64,000 nt of DNA from a virus, in IMG/VR virus record IMGVR_UViG_3300033146_002242, positions 54,288 through 118,287 of that record; one strand, written 5' to 3'. The notes below the pieces were generated by a model. The model made no database searches. It had not been told where the DNA came from and was given only the letters and a program-made list of their open reading frames with translations. Each line of letters begins with the position of its first letter. Position 1 is the first letter of the stretch. Positions 1-7,881 of the stretch are shown piece by piece. The translations under genes and the position numbers were made by a program.

Positions 1-46
1 CAGACCACAAACATTGTAAAATGGCAATGAAAATTGTAGTGGTACG
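1..46 (+). ncRNA. 3' end of a group I self-splicing intron (truncated by window start), inserted in the tRNA-Leu anticodon
   Basis: ACCAC(4-8) pairs with GTGGT(39-43), enclosing two GNRA hairpins CATT-GTAA-AATG and GCAAT-GAAA-ATTGT. Terminal G46 is followed by AAAATCCC, the 3' half of a tRNA anticodon arm. The catalytic core is outside the window. Confidence 0.7.
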
Positions 47-98
47 AAAATCCCTCGTTCGTAAGAACGTGCCGGTTCGATTCCGGCTCCGGGCATCA
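47..98 (+). tRNA. tRNA-Leu (inferred UAA), 3' exon
   Basis: AAAA-TCCC anticodon 3' side, long variable arm CGTTC-GTAA-GAACG, T-arm GCCGG-TTCGATT-CCGGC, acceptor 3' strand CTCCGGGC-A then TCA. An exon starting at A35 implies insertion after U34. Confidence 0.8.
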
Positions 99-120
99 AT
101 TTAATTTAAAAGGAGGATGA

Positions 121-351
121 ATGGAACAACAACATATGTCGAATAGTAAACCCTTATACATACACACATCAGATGGGTGTGTATATCGGGAAGATATATC
201 GTTATATGCCTGTGATATATCATTTGAAGAAGTTATGGAAAAAGAAGTGAACTATTATATAAATAATGGATATAAAAATATCACTCCTAATGGAGTTGAT
301 GTCACTTTTTATCCTCCCAGTCAAATCCTAAAGTTTACTTATAAACGATAG
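121..351 (+). CDS. hypothetical protein (76 aa)
   Basis: ORF with AGGAGG RBS. Confidence 0.6.
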   Translation: MEQQHMSNSKPLYIHTSDGCVYREDISLYACDISFEEVMEKEVNYYINNGYKNITPNGVDVTFYPPSQILKFTYKR

Positions 352-592
352 GATTTAAAAGAATCGACAAAAACTTTTCGTTGTGGTAAATTGTAGTTCG
401 CGAACACCACAACATAGGTGGGTAGATTGCACCTCTCCACCAAAAGTTACAAAACGATTGCCATTCTCGGCCAAGAATGGAAAAAGGTATTATTCGTTTA
501 TTGCTCGGAATGAATAATATGCTTCGGTGAAGGCATCGGAGAATATAAAAAGAATTAAATAGCTTTGAAAATCAGGATTAACAAATATTGAT

Positions 593-818
593 ACTCTCAG
601 ATTGCGAAGCCTCAGAGCTCTTAGATGAGCAGCCGGAGGATAGGCTGAGAGTTGGAGTCGTCGATACAGGGAGTCCAGAGAATACTGTCAAGTCTTAAGG
701 CTTCGGTAGCAGTATTTGATGACGGACCCGGTGCAGTGTAGAAGCTAGTCTGGTAACAGAAGGCAAGGCCACCGAAAGGCGCATGGCCCATGCCTCGGAT
801 TTGCTTGCGGGGCTTTTT
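593..818 (+). ncRNA. unclassified structured RNA, copy 1
   Basis: GC-rich non-coding segment with stems ACTCTCAG/CTGAGAGT, GTCGTC/GATGAC, AATACTG/CAGTATT, AAGTC/GGCTT, TCTG-GTAA-CAGA and a terminal T-run; covaries with copy 2. Confidence 0.65.
651..764 (+). repeat. 114-bp exact direct repeat, copy 1 (copy 2 at 1718-1831)
   Basis: base-by-base identity GTTGGAGTCG...AACAGAAGGC. Confidence 0.95.
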
Positions 819-836
819 ATCCTAAGGAGCGAAATT

Positions 837-1016
837 ATGTTATATGAGTGTAATACCGGACTTAACTGTTCTGAGTGTAGAGGGTGTGCTACGCAACTTG
901 AAGTTTGTTCGGACTTTATCTCCCTTGAATACCTTTCAGAAGAGTGTACGCACAGAAATCTAGAAATGGAGTTGGAAGTGCCTATAACCAGAGAAAAAAC
1001 CCCGAGAATATCTTAG
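837..1016 (+). CDS. small Cys-rich hypothetical protein
   Basis: ATG 837 preceded by AAGGAG; CSECRGC motif. Confidence 0.5.
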   Translation: MLYECNTGLNCSECRGCATQLEVCSDFISLEYLSEECTHRNLEMELEVPITREKTPRIS

Positions 1017-1091
1017 CTACTTGTTAGTTTTGTGGGGCGTAGGGCAAGTTAACTCACGATGTTTTTGAAAAATTGAATAAGGAGTTAGACC

Positions 1092-1529
1092 ATGAAAGTA
1101 TATCTTACAAGACGAGTTGCTAATATGACAGATGGTATGGGGCCCATGCAAATCGACAAGTGCTTTCTTTACGAAGGGCATGCTAACAAGTATATAAATG
1201 CCCAACCAGGAATTATGGGAAGGCGAGCATGTTGGAGCAAGAGAGAGGTTGGAGACTGGGATGTTATCCCTTTAGAAGTTATTGAAGAAGATATTATTGG
1301 TAACACCCGGTCTGCTAATGAGATTAAAATAGAAGACTTGGAAGACTGGACTACGCAAATTTGGAAAGAATACGCTGCCGAATTATATCAAGGGAAATGT
1401 CTGATACTATCGGTTTCTTTGGGAAGAGGGGAATACCAGGTAACTCTTGGTAAAGAAGTTCTCTACCGAGGGTCTGATAAAAGTAAGGCTAAGTATGCGT
1501 ATGAGGAAGTCACAAAACTGGACGACTAG
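1092..1529 (+). CDS. hypothetical protein (145 aa)
   Basis: ORF with AAGGAG RBS. Confidence 0.7.
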   Translation: MKVYLTRRVANMTDGMGPMQIDKCFLYEGHANKYINAQPGIMGRRACWSKREVGDWDVIPLEVIEEDIIGNTRSANEIKIEDLEDWTTQIWKEYAAELYQGKCLILSVSLGRGEYQVTLGKEVLYRGSDKSKAKYAYEEVTKLDD

Positions 1530-1657
1530 GGTTAAAGTTAAGGGTATCTGTGCATAATAGGGTTAAAGTTCCTCCCTGCTGGATGTGTATAAACCAGTCT
1601 ACACTTGGTATAAAGACTAAAGGTGGGGTCGACTCCCATTGCCCGCACTATTTTGAC

Positions 1658-1845
1658 ACCTCTGGATTGCGAAGCCTTGTACCCTTGTTTAGAGGGAGCC
1701 GAGAGGATAGGCCAGAGGTTGGAGTCGTCGATACAGGGAGTCCAGAGAATACTGTCAAGTCTTAAGGCTTCGGTAGCAGTATTTGATGACGGACCCGGTG
1801 CAGTGTAGAAGCTAGTCTGGTAACAGAAGGCGCGGGGCGTTTTTT
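1658..1845 (+). ncRNA. unclassified structured RNA, copy 2
   Basis: ACCTCTGG/CCAGAGGT and CCCT/AGGG replace ACTCTCAG/CTGAGAGT and GCTC/GAGC of copy 1 (compensatory); 114-bp identical core; GCGGGGC + T-run. Confidence 0.65.
1718..1831 (+). repeat. 114-bp exact direct repeat, copy 2
   Basis: identical to 651-764. Confidence 0.95.
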
Positions 1846-2025
1846 AAAAAAATAATAAAATGTATAATGGATATTTATATCTAAGAAAAAATATTAAAAA
1901 ATTAATAAAATTATATAGGCAGTATAATAAAAGTTTTATGAAAAAGGATTGAAAGAAAATATAATAAACATCGGAATAAATATAATTGATTTTTTTTATT
2001 ACATCAAATTAGTTGAGAGGAGATT

Positions 2026-4068
2026 ATGGAGTTTATTGATTTTGTCGGGAAAATAAAAAAGAATTTTGAATATATGAAATCAAAATCTGATATTTTATTT
2101 TATACTACAAGAGATAGAAATAAAATATGGGAAACATATTTACAATCATTTCCAGAAGGATCAAATCCAATATATAAAGAAAGAACTGAACATGATTGTA
2201 ATGCATGTAAATCATTTATAAGACAATTTGGATCCATTGTTGTCATAGATCCATCTGATTTAAAGATGTTATCTATATGGGATATGGAAATAGGTGGTTC
2301 ATATCAAGATGTTGCTGATGCAATGTCACGATATGTTAAATCACATCCTATTGAAAATATTTTTATGCATAATGAAAAAAATATGGGAATTGAATGTAAT
2401 AGACAAGAAGTAGGTGGTAAAATTCTGAAATGGCATCATTTTCATTTAAAAACACCATCTAATATATTAGTCAATAAAGATGTAATAAATGAAATCAAAT
2501 CAGAATCAAGAGCCAACAAAGAAGTATTATATAGAAGTTTAACTGAATTAACAATTGAATCTGCTGAAATTGTATTAGATTTAATTGAACAAAATACATT
2601 GTATCGTGGCCGTGAGCATAAAAAAGTTGTGGAACTATTTATTGAATTAAAGAAACAGTTTAATAAAGTACCAGATAATTTAAAAGATCATTGTTGTTGG
2701 CTAACATCAGTTTCATTTAAATCATTATCAAAAATTAGAAATACTGTTATAGGTACATTATTATCTGATTTATCAGAAGGAAAAGATATTGAAGATGCTG
2801 TAAAAGCATATGAATTTAAAGTAGCTCCTTCGAATTATAAAAGACCGAAAGCTATTGTAACTAAATCAATGATTTTACAAGCTCAAAATACTCTTAAAGA
2901 TTTGGGTTTATTAGAATCATTGGAAAGAAGATATGCAACAATATCAGATATATCTGTTAATAATGTATTGTTTGCAGATAGATCTGTTAAACCAGCAATG
3001 AAAGATGTGTTTGATGAATTATTAGAACAAACACCTGAAAAAATAAAAAAATATGATAATGTTGAAAAAATTCATATTGAAAAATTTATATCTGATGTAT
3101 TACCAAAAATTAATACACTTGAATTATTTATTGATAATAAACATTTAAATAATTTAGTAAGCTTAACAACAGCTGTTAATCAGGATGCACCTTTTTTATT
3201 TAAATGGCCGAATCATTGCGCATGGTCATATACAGGTGACGTGGCAGATTCGATCAAAGAAAAAGTAAAGCAAGCTGGTGGAAAAGTTGATGGTGTTATA
3301 CGGTGTTCTTTATCATGGTATAATACAGATGATTTAGATATACATGTAATTGAACCCAATCAAAATGAGATTTATTATTTAAATAATACTTCATTCACAT
3401 CTGGAAAATTAGATGTTGATATGAATGCCTCTGCACGAAAAGCTGTGAGAGGTGCTGTTGAAAATATTACATGGAACAACAGAAATAGAATGTTGGAAGG
3501 TAATTATGATTTGATTATTCATAATTATAAAGTTCGTGAACGTAATATTGATGTTGGGTTTGAAGTTGAAATTGAACATAATGGACATGTATATAGTTTT
3601 AATTATCCAAAACATGTTAGCCATTCAAAGCCAATTAAAGTTGCAACATTTTATTATAATCCAAGAACAGATGAATTCAAATTAATATCATCCATACAAT
3701 CAACTGAAAATATAAAAGTTATAGATGAATGGAATATAAAAACAAATCATTTTCATAAAGTCCAATTATTATTGATGTCTCCCAATTTCTGGGATAATGG
3801 TAATGGATTTGGTATTGGTAATAAACATTATTTCTTTATGTTAGAAAATTGTAAAAACCCAGATAATTGTCGGGGTTTTTATAATGAATATTTAAAAGCT
3901 GATTTAACTAAGCATAGAAAAGTATTTGAGATTTTAGGGTCTAAAATGAAAGCTCCATATACTGACAATCAATTAAGTGGTATTGGATTTTCAGAGACAC
4001 AAAAAAATAGAGTTATTGTTAAAGCGAGTGGGTCTTTCAATAGGCCATTAGAATTAATTTTCCAGTAA
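2026..4068 (+). CDS. conserved phage protein (680 aa) with a YfaP/DUF2135-like domain in its C-terminal half
   Basis: SLSWYNTDDLDIHVIEP...GKLDVDMN...VENITW pattern; N-terminal HDCNAC possible metal site. Confidence 0.55.
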   Translation: MEFIDFVGKIKKNFEYMKSKSDILFYTTRDRNKIWETYLQSFPEGSNPIYKERTEHDCNACKSFIRQFGSIVVIDPSDLKMLSIWDMEIGGSYQDVADAMSRYVKSHPIENIFMHNEKNMGIECNRQEVGGKILKWHHFHLKTPSNILVNKDVINEIKSESRANKEVLYRSLTELTIESAEIVLDLIEQNTLYRGREHKKVVELFIELKKQFNKVPDNLKDHCCWLTSVSFKSLSKIRNTVIGTLLSDLSEGKDIEDAVKAYEFKVAPSNYKRPKAIVTKSMILQAQNTLKDLGLLESLERRYATISDISVNNVLFADRSVKPAMKDVFDELLEQTPEKIKKYDNVEKIHIEKFISDVLPKINTLELFIDNKHLNNLVSLTTAVNQDAPFLFKWPNHCAWSYTGDVADSIKEKVKQAGGKVDGVIRCSLSWYNTDDLDIHVIEPNQNEIYYLNNTSFTSGKLDVDMNASARKAVRGAVENITWNNRNRMLEGNYDLIIHNYKVRERNIDVGFEVEIEHNGHVYSFNYPKHVSHSKPIKVATFYYNPRTDEFKLISSIQSTENIKVIDEWNIKTNHFHKVQLLLMSPNFWDNGNGFGIGNKHYFFMLENCKNPDNCRGFYNEYLKADLTKHRKVFEILGSKMKAPYTDNQLSGIGFSETQKNRVIVKASGSFNRPLELIFQ

Positions 4069-4104
4069 ATATATTTTTGTTTAATTCCAAACAAGGAGAT
4101 AAAG

Positions 4105-4488
4105 ATGAGTGATGTGAATTTGTTTGAACTTGCAAGTCGTATGAAATTTCGTTTTGATACCACAAAAGGGCAGTTATCCGTAGAAGATTTATGGGATATT
4201 CCCATGACTGGAAAAGTGTCATTAGATGCCATTGCTATTGATTTAAATAAAAAATTGAAGGACACCAATGAAAGTTTTGTAGTCCAAAAAAGCAGTGCTA
4301 ATAAAATTATTGAATATAAATTTGATTTAGTTAAATATGTAATTCAGACCCGCTTGGCTGAAATTGAAGCGCGGCAAAAAGAGAAAGAAAATAAAGAAAA
4401 GAAACAAAAGATTCTACAAATTATCGAAGAAAAGGAAAACGAATCATTGAAAAATATGTCTATTGAAGAATTGAAAAAAATGATTTAA
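4105..4488 (+). CDS. conserved hypothetical phage protein (127 aa)
   Basis: AGGAG RBS; KFRFDTTKGQLSVEDLWDIP motif; coiled-coil C-terminus. Confidence 0.7.
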   Translation: MSDVNLFELASRMKFRFDTTKGQLSVEDLWDIPMTGKVSLDAIAIDLNKKLKDTNESFVVQKSSANKIIEYKFDLVKYVIQTRLAEIEARQKEKENKEKKQKILQIIEEKENESLKNMSIEELKKMI

Positions 4489-4490
4489 TT

Positions 4491-4541
4491 TTATTTTGTC
4501 GAGAGTGGATTAATTTAATTTCCACTCTCGACAAAATAAAT
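4491..4541 (+). terminator. long inverted repeat / probable terminator
   Basis: TTTATTTTGTCGAGAGTGGA ... TCCACTCTCGACAAAATAAA directly after a stop codon. Confidence 0.6.
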
Positions 4542-4642
4542 AGGAGATTTTATAATGGAATCTTTGCAATATAAATATAGTAATGATGTTAATTTTCGTA
4601 AACTTGTTGATAGTTTAGATGCAGTTATAGAGAGAAAAACAA

Positions 4643-4894
4643 ATGAATAAAAAATTAATTATATGTTCGGATTTTTTAAAAAATATAGATGATTTTATAT
4701 ATAATTATAATTTATCATTAAATGAATGTGTAAGAATTGTAAAATATGATTTTTATTATAAAATTCGAGGGTATAAAAATTTACCATTTATTATTATACC
4801 TCCAATAACGTTTATATGTGAATTTTATGAAATTGCTAAAATACAACAATTTTTTGAAATACAAGAAAATCAAATAGAAGAATATTTTTTTTAA
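4643..4894 (+). CDS. hypothetical protein
   Basis: ORF track. Confidence 0.5.
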   Translation: MNKKLIICSDFLKNIDDFIYNYNLSLNECVRIVKYDFYYKIRGYKNLPFIIIPPITFICEFYEIAKIQQFFEIQENQIEEYFF

Positions 4895-4976
4895 AATGTA
4901 TTTTGAACTATATATAATAAATAGTATTATGAAGAATATATTTTTATTATTTTAAAGAACATAGGAATATATAATA

Positions 4977-5192
4977 ATGAAAATGGAACTTCCTGTTAAA
5001 ACGATTTTTAAATGCACCTCATATTGTAATTTTACAATAGAAGTTATTGAAAATGACGATCTTACATGTTCAGATTGCTTTTTTGATGATAGAAAAATAG
5101 ATTATGATTCGGACACAATGTGGTGTCATTTATTAAAATGTGCAAAAGATGAAAGAACTGATCATAAAAATGTGATATTTAAAAGAGTGTGA
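4977..5192 (+). CDS. small Cys-rich hypothetical protein
   Basis: ORF with RBS; CSDCFF...CHLLKC. Confidence 0.55.
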   Translation: MKMELPVKTIFKCTSYCNFTIEVIENDDLTCSDCFFDDRKIDYDSDTMWCHLLKCAKDERTDHKNVIFKRV

Positions 5193-5196
5193 TTAT

Positions 5197-5269
5197 GCCG
5201 GGTTAGCTCAATTGGCAGAGCAGTTGATTTGTAATCAACAGGTTGTGGGTTCGATTCCCATGCTCGGCT
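5197..5269 (+). tRNA. tRNA-Thr(UGU)
   Basis: cloverleaf; anticodon arm GTTGA-TT-TGT-AA-TCAAC; T-loop TTCGATT; no encoded CCA. Confidence 0.95.
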
Positions 5270-5292
5270 TTCAATTTAACGAGGAGTTGAAG

Positions 5293-5604
5293 ATGGATGA
5301 AACTTTAAAAAAAATTTATGGTATGATTCCAAGATTGCCACAAAGACAAGATTCATTAGCAGCACAATTTGCTGATTTAAAAATATTTGCAAATTCAATG
5401 GGAATGTATGATGCTGCTGATGCAATATCTCAATGGATTGTTAATATGCCTAAATTAAAATTTGGGTGTTATTGTGATTTGGAAGAAGGGCATAAACCTG
5501 ATGAATGTGTGATTAATTTGGGTAAAAAATCCAATTGTATATATGCAAAAAATATTGAACGCCCCGAACAATGTGAGTATTGGAGACCTATATCTAATGA
5601 GTAA
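5293..5604 (+). CDS. Cys-rich hypothetical protein
   Basis: ATG 5293 after GAGGAG (the track start at 5212 lies inside the tRNA). Confidence 0.65.
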   Translation: MDETLKKIYGMIPRLPQRQDSLAAQFADLKIFANSMGMYDAADAISQWIVNMPKLKFGCYCDLEEGHKPDECVINLGKKSNCIYAKNIERPEQCEYWRPISNE

Positions 5605-5905
5605 TTGGGTATTTATAATTAAAGTTTGTATTTTATGTCAATTAGTAGTATTTTTTATATGTATGCAAATAAGTAAATATGAGGGGTATCCACCATCAGT
5701 TTGGAATGTTGCGGAATTAAAAACTAATATTATTATCTCAATTATTTTTCCAATTGGGATAGTATTTATTATATATTGGTCTTTAAATATAATTGGTGAT
5801 ATTGTTTCAGACAAAATAGAATACATAAAATCTAAATTGCGAATACATAGCAAATGGCAATATATAATTGATAATATATGGCCAAAGTTAACAAAAAAAT
5901 TATAG
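5597..5905 (+). CDS. small membrane protein (paralogue of 7205-7423)
   Basis: two hydrophobic segments; QL..F.I...I....GYP...W...E....I....IFPIG. Confidence 0.65.
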   Translation: MSNWVFIIKVCILCQLVVFFICMQISKYEGYPPSVWNVAELKTNIIISIIFPIGIVFIIYWSLNIIGDIVSDKIEYIKSKLRIHSKWQYIIDNIWPKLTKKL

Positions 5906-5914
5906 GAGTGATTA

Positions 5915-6238
5915 GTGGCAGATGAAATTTTGGATAATGATTATATATTAGAATTGAAATTATTATCTAGAGTGAGAAAGCGGTGTTTTTTAGATCCAGG
6001 GTTTCTCACGAAAGTAATTCAAGCGGGAGTAGCTGGTATCCAAGAATATGCGGATACACAATCTCGCCGGGCTGCTGACATGGAAACATTCGCGTCAGCT
6101 ATGGCCTTTCTTCAAAAACAAGAAAGATTATCACCAAAATTAAAAAAACAAATGAATGATTTAGCTTTAGCTAAACTAGAAAAATGGATGGGCAAAACAT
6201 CTCTTAGATGGGATGATGATATAATAAAAAAGGAGTGA
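5915..6238 (+). CDS. hypothetical protein
   Basis: GTG start after AGGAG. Confidence 0.6.
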   Translation: MADEILDNDYILELKLLSRVRKRCFLDPGFLTKVIQAGVAGIQEYADTQSRRAADMETFASAMAFLQKQERLSPKLKKQMNDLALAKLEKWMGKTSLRWDDDIIKKE

Positions 6239-6426
6239 TATTATGGATAAATCCCTTAAAAATAAAAATGCTTGGGGTAAATTTTTTGAGCAAATGAAAA
6301 AAGAAGAAAATATAGAAATAACTGTTGATTCTAAAAAACATATGCGGCATATTGAAAAATCATATGAAAAAACTAATCAAGCATATTTACACGCTAGACA
6401 TATGGTGGTTAAATAAAGGATGTAAA

Positions 6427-6690
6427 ATGGAATGGATTGATGTAAAATCAAAATTGCCTATGGAAGAATTAAAAGGTCAAAAAGTTATTGATCGTTATAT
6501 GGTTACTGTTTATCCAAAAGATATGGATCCTGTTGAAGGTCCAAGAGTATTGATTTTATGGTTTTCAGCAGAAAATATGGAATTTTCAACTGAACCTGGT
6601 GGGTTTAAATATGAAAAAATGCACGATCATTTTGTATCACATTGGGCAGAATTACCGTGTCCAGCTAAATTAAATAATGAAAAAAATTAG
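6427..6690 (+). CDS. DUF551-like small phage protein
   Basis: MEWIDVKSKLP start and VSHWAELP end pattern. Confidence 0.5.
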   Translation: MEWIDVKSKLPMEELKGQKVIDRYMVTVYPKDMDPVEGPRVLILWFSAENMEFSTEPGGFKYEKMHDHFVSHWAELPCPAKLNNEKN

Positions 6691-7087
6691 AAGAAAAATT
6701 AAAAGATTAGATTTAGAAAATTGGCAAAAAATGGTATGTGAAATAAATGATAATGATTATGTAGGAATGAAAGAAATAACACCTATAATAAATAAAAATG
6801 GATGTTATTTAGAGGAAAATAAGTGTTGGTTTGAATATAGTGGCAGAGCATTTACATATAACAAGGAGGATTTTTTATACACATTGAAAATTCTATCGAT
6901 GCCAAATTTTAGTGAATTACAAAAAAAATCATTAGAAGATTTTATAAAATATAATAAAAAAATTGCAAGTAAACATCAAAAAGAAATGTTATATATGATG
7001 AAACAAGAGGAAGATTTGAAAAAAGCTATTAGAGATATAAAAAAAATAAAATTCAAAATAAAAAAGATAAAAAAGATGAAAAAATAA
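6677..7087 (+). CDS. hypothetical basic protein
   Basis: ORF track. Confidence 0.55.
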   Translation: MKKIRRKIKRLDLENWQKMVCEINDNDYVGMKEITPIINKNGCYLEENKCWFEYSGRAFTYNKEDFLYTLKILSMPNFSELQKKSLEDFIKYNKKIASKHQKEMLYMMKQEEDLKKAIRDIKKIKFKIKKIKKMKK

Positions 7088-7102
7088 ATTAAATTGTAAT
7101 AT

Positions 7103-7175
7103 GGGTCATTAGCTCAGTTGGTAGAGCAACTGACTTTTAATCAGTAGGTCCGGAGTTCGATTCTCCGATGACCCA
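7103..7175 (+). tRNA. tRNA-Lys(UUU)
   Basis: cloverleaf; ACTGA-CT-TTT-AA-TCAGT; followed by TCA. Confidence 0.95.
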
Positions 7176-7204
7176 TCATTTATTTATAAAAAGAGAGGTG
7201 TTTT

Positions 7205-7423
7205 ATGAAAATACAAATTTGGCAGATATATTTACTGGTAGTATGCATTCAATTATTAACTTTTTTAATAATAAGTCATATAGCTCGAAAATATGGTTAT
7301 CCTATAAAGACGTGGACACTGAGAGAATGGTCATTCGCTATTTTAATGACTTTTATATTTCCCATAGGGTGGTTAGAAATATTCAGAGCTTCTATATGGC
7401 CATTTCTTATTAAAGAAAGATAA
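7205..7423 (+). CDS. small membrane protein (paralogue of 5597-5905)
   Basis: GAGGTG RBS; two hydrophobic segments; GYP..W..E..IFPIG. Confidence 0.65.
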   Translation: MKIQIWQIYLLVVCIQLLTFLIISHIARKYGYPIKTWTLREWSFAILMTFIFPIGWLEIFRASIWPFLIKER

Positions 7424-7447
7424 ATATTTAAAATATTAATTTAATAA

Positions 7448-7536
7448 GGAGAGGTGGTCGAGTTGGTTTAAGGCACCGGTCTTGAAAACCGGCGAGGGTT
7501 TATAGCCTTCCGTGGGTTCGAATCCCACCCTCTCCG
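7448..7536 (+). tRNA. tRNA-Ser(UGA)
   Basis: cloverleaf with long variable arm; CCGGT-CT-TGA-AA-ACCGG; G73; followed by TCA. Confidence 0.95.
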
Positions 7537-7807
7537 TCAAAATATTAATATTATTTAAAAAGGATTAATATGATAAATACAATTTTATTAGTAATATCTA
7601 TAATTGGGTTATTGGTATTAATAGTGTTGGGTATTTTATTTATAATCGAGATAAATAAAATATTTAATCGAGGTATATCAAATGAAACAATCGAAAAAAT
7701 ATTAGATAGAAAACCAATTTTTTGGATACCTCCATTTAATTAAAAAATTTACATTTGCATATTAAGTAAATATGACGATTTATACTTTTTATTTATAAAT
7801 TTAATGT

Positions 7808-7881
7808 GTGGGTGTGGCCTAGTCTGGTAAGGCACCTGATTTGGGATCAGGAAATCGGAGGTTCAAATCCTCTCACCCGCA
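7808..7881 (+). tRNA. tRNA-Pro(UGG)
   Basis: cloverleaf; CCTGA-TT-TGG-GA-TCAGG; followed by TCA. Confidence 0.93.

Noticed and set aside
593-660. HDV-like/theta ribozyme on the minus strand (GCC-TATCCTCC-GGC resembles P3/L3)
   Set aside because: No P1 partner: the segment after P3 self-pairs and differs between copies while the upstream sequence is identical.
349-818. tmRNA (GAATCGAC near 361 resembles the tmRNA 5' motif)
   Set aside because: No GGGG acceptor start with G3:U70, no T-arm/CCA 3' end and no evident tag reading frame.
593-818. RNase P RNA or group I intron identity for the duplicated RNA (GGAGTCC, AACAGAA, TAGTC-like words)
   Set aside because: The required P4 (RNase P) or P7/P3 (group I) pairings cannot be formed consistently in both copies.
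1550-1808. Track ORFs 1550-1765 and 1623-1808
   Set aside because: They overlap the structured repeat and lack a convincing RBS; likely open by chance in GC-rich RNA sequence.
5212-7413. Track starts at 5212 and 7168
   Set aside because: Both begin inside tRNA genes; better starts or alternative frames with RBS exist (5293, 7205).
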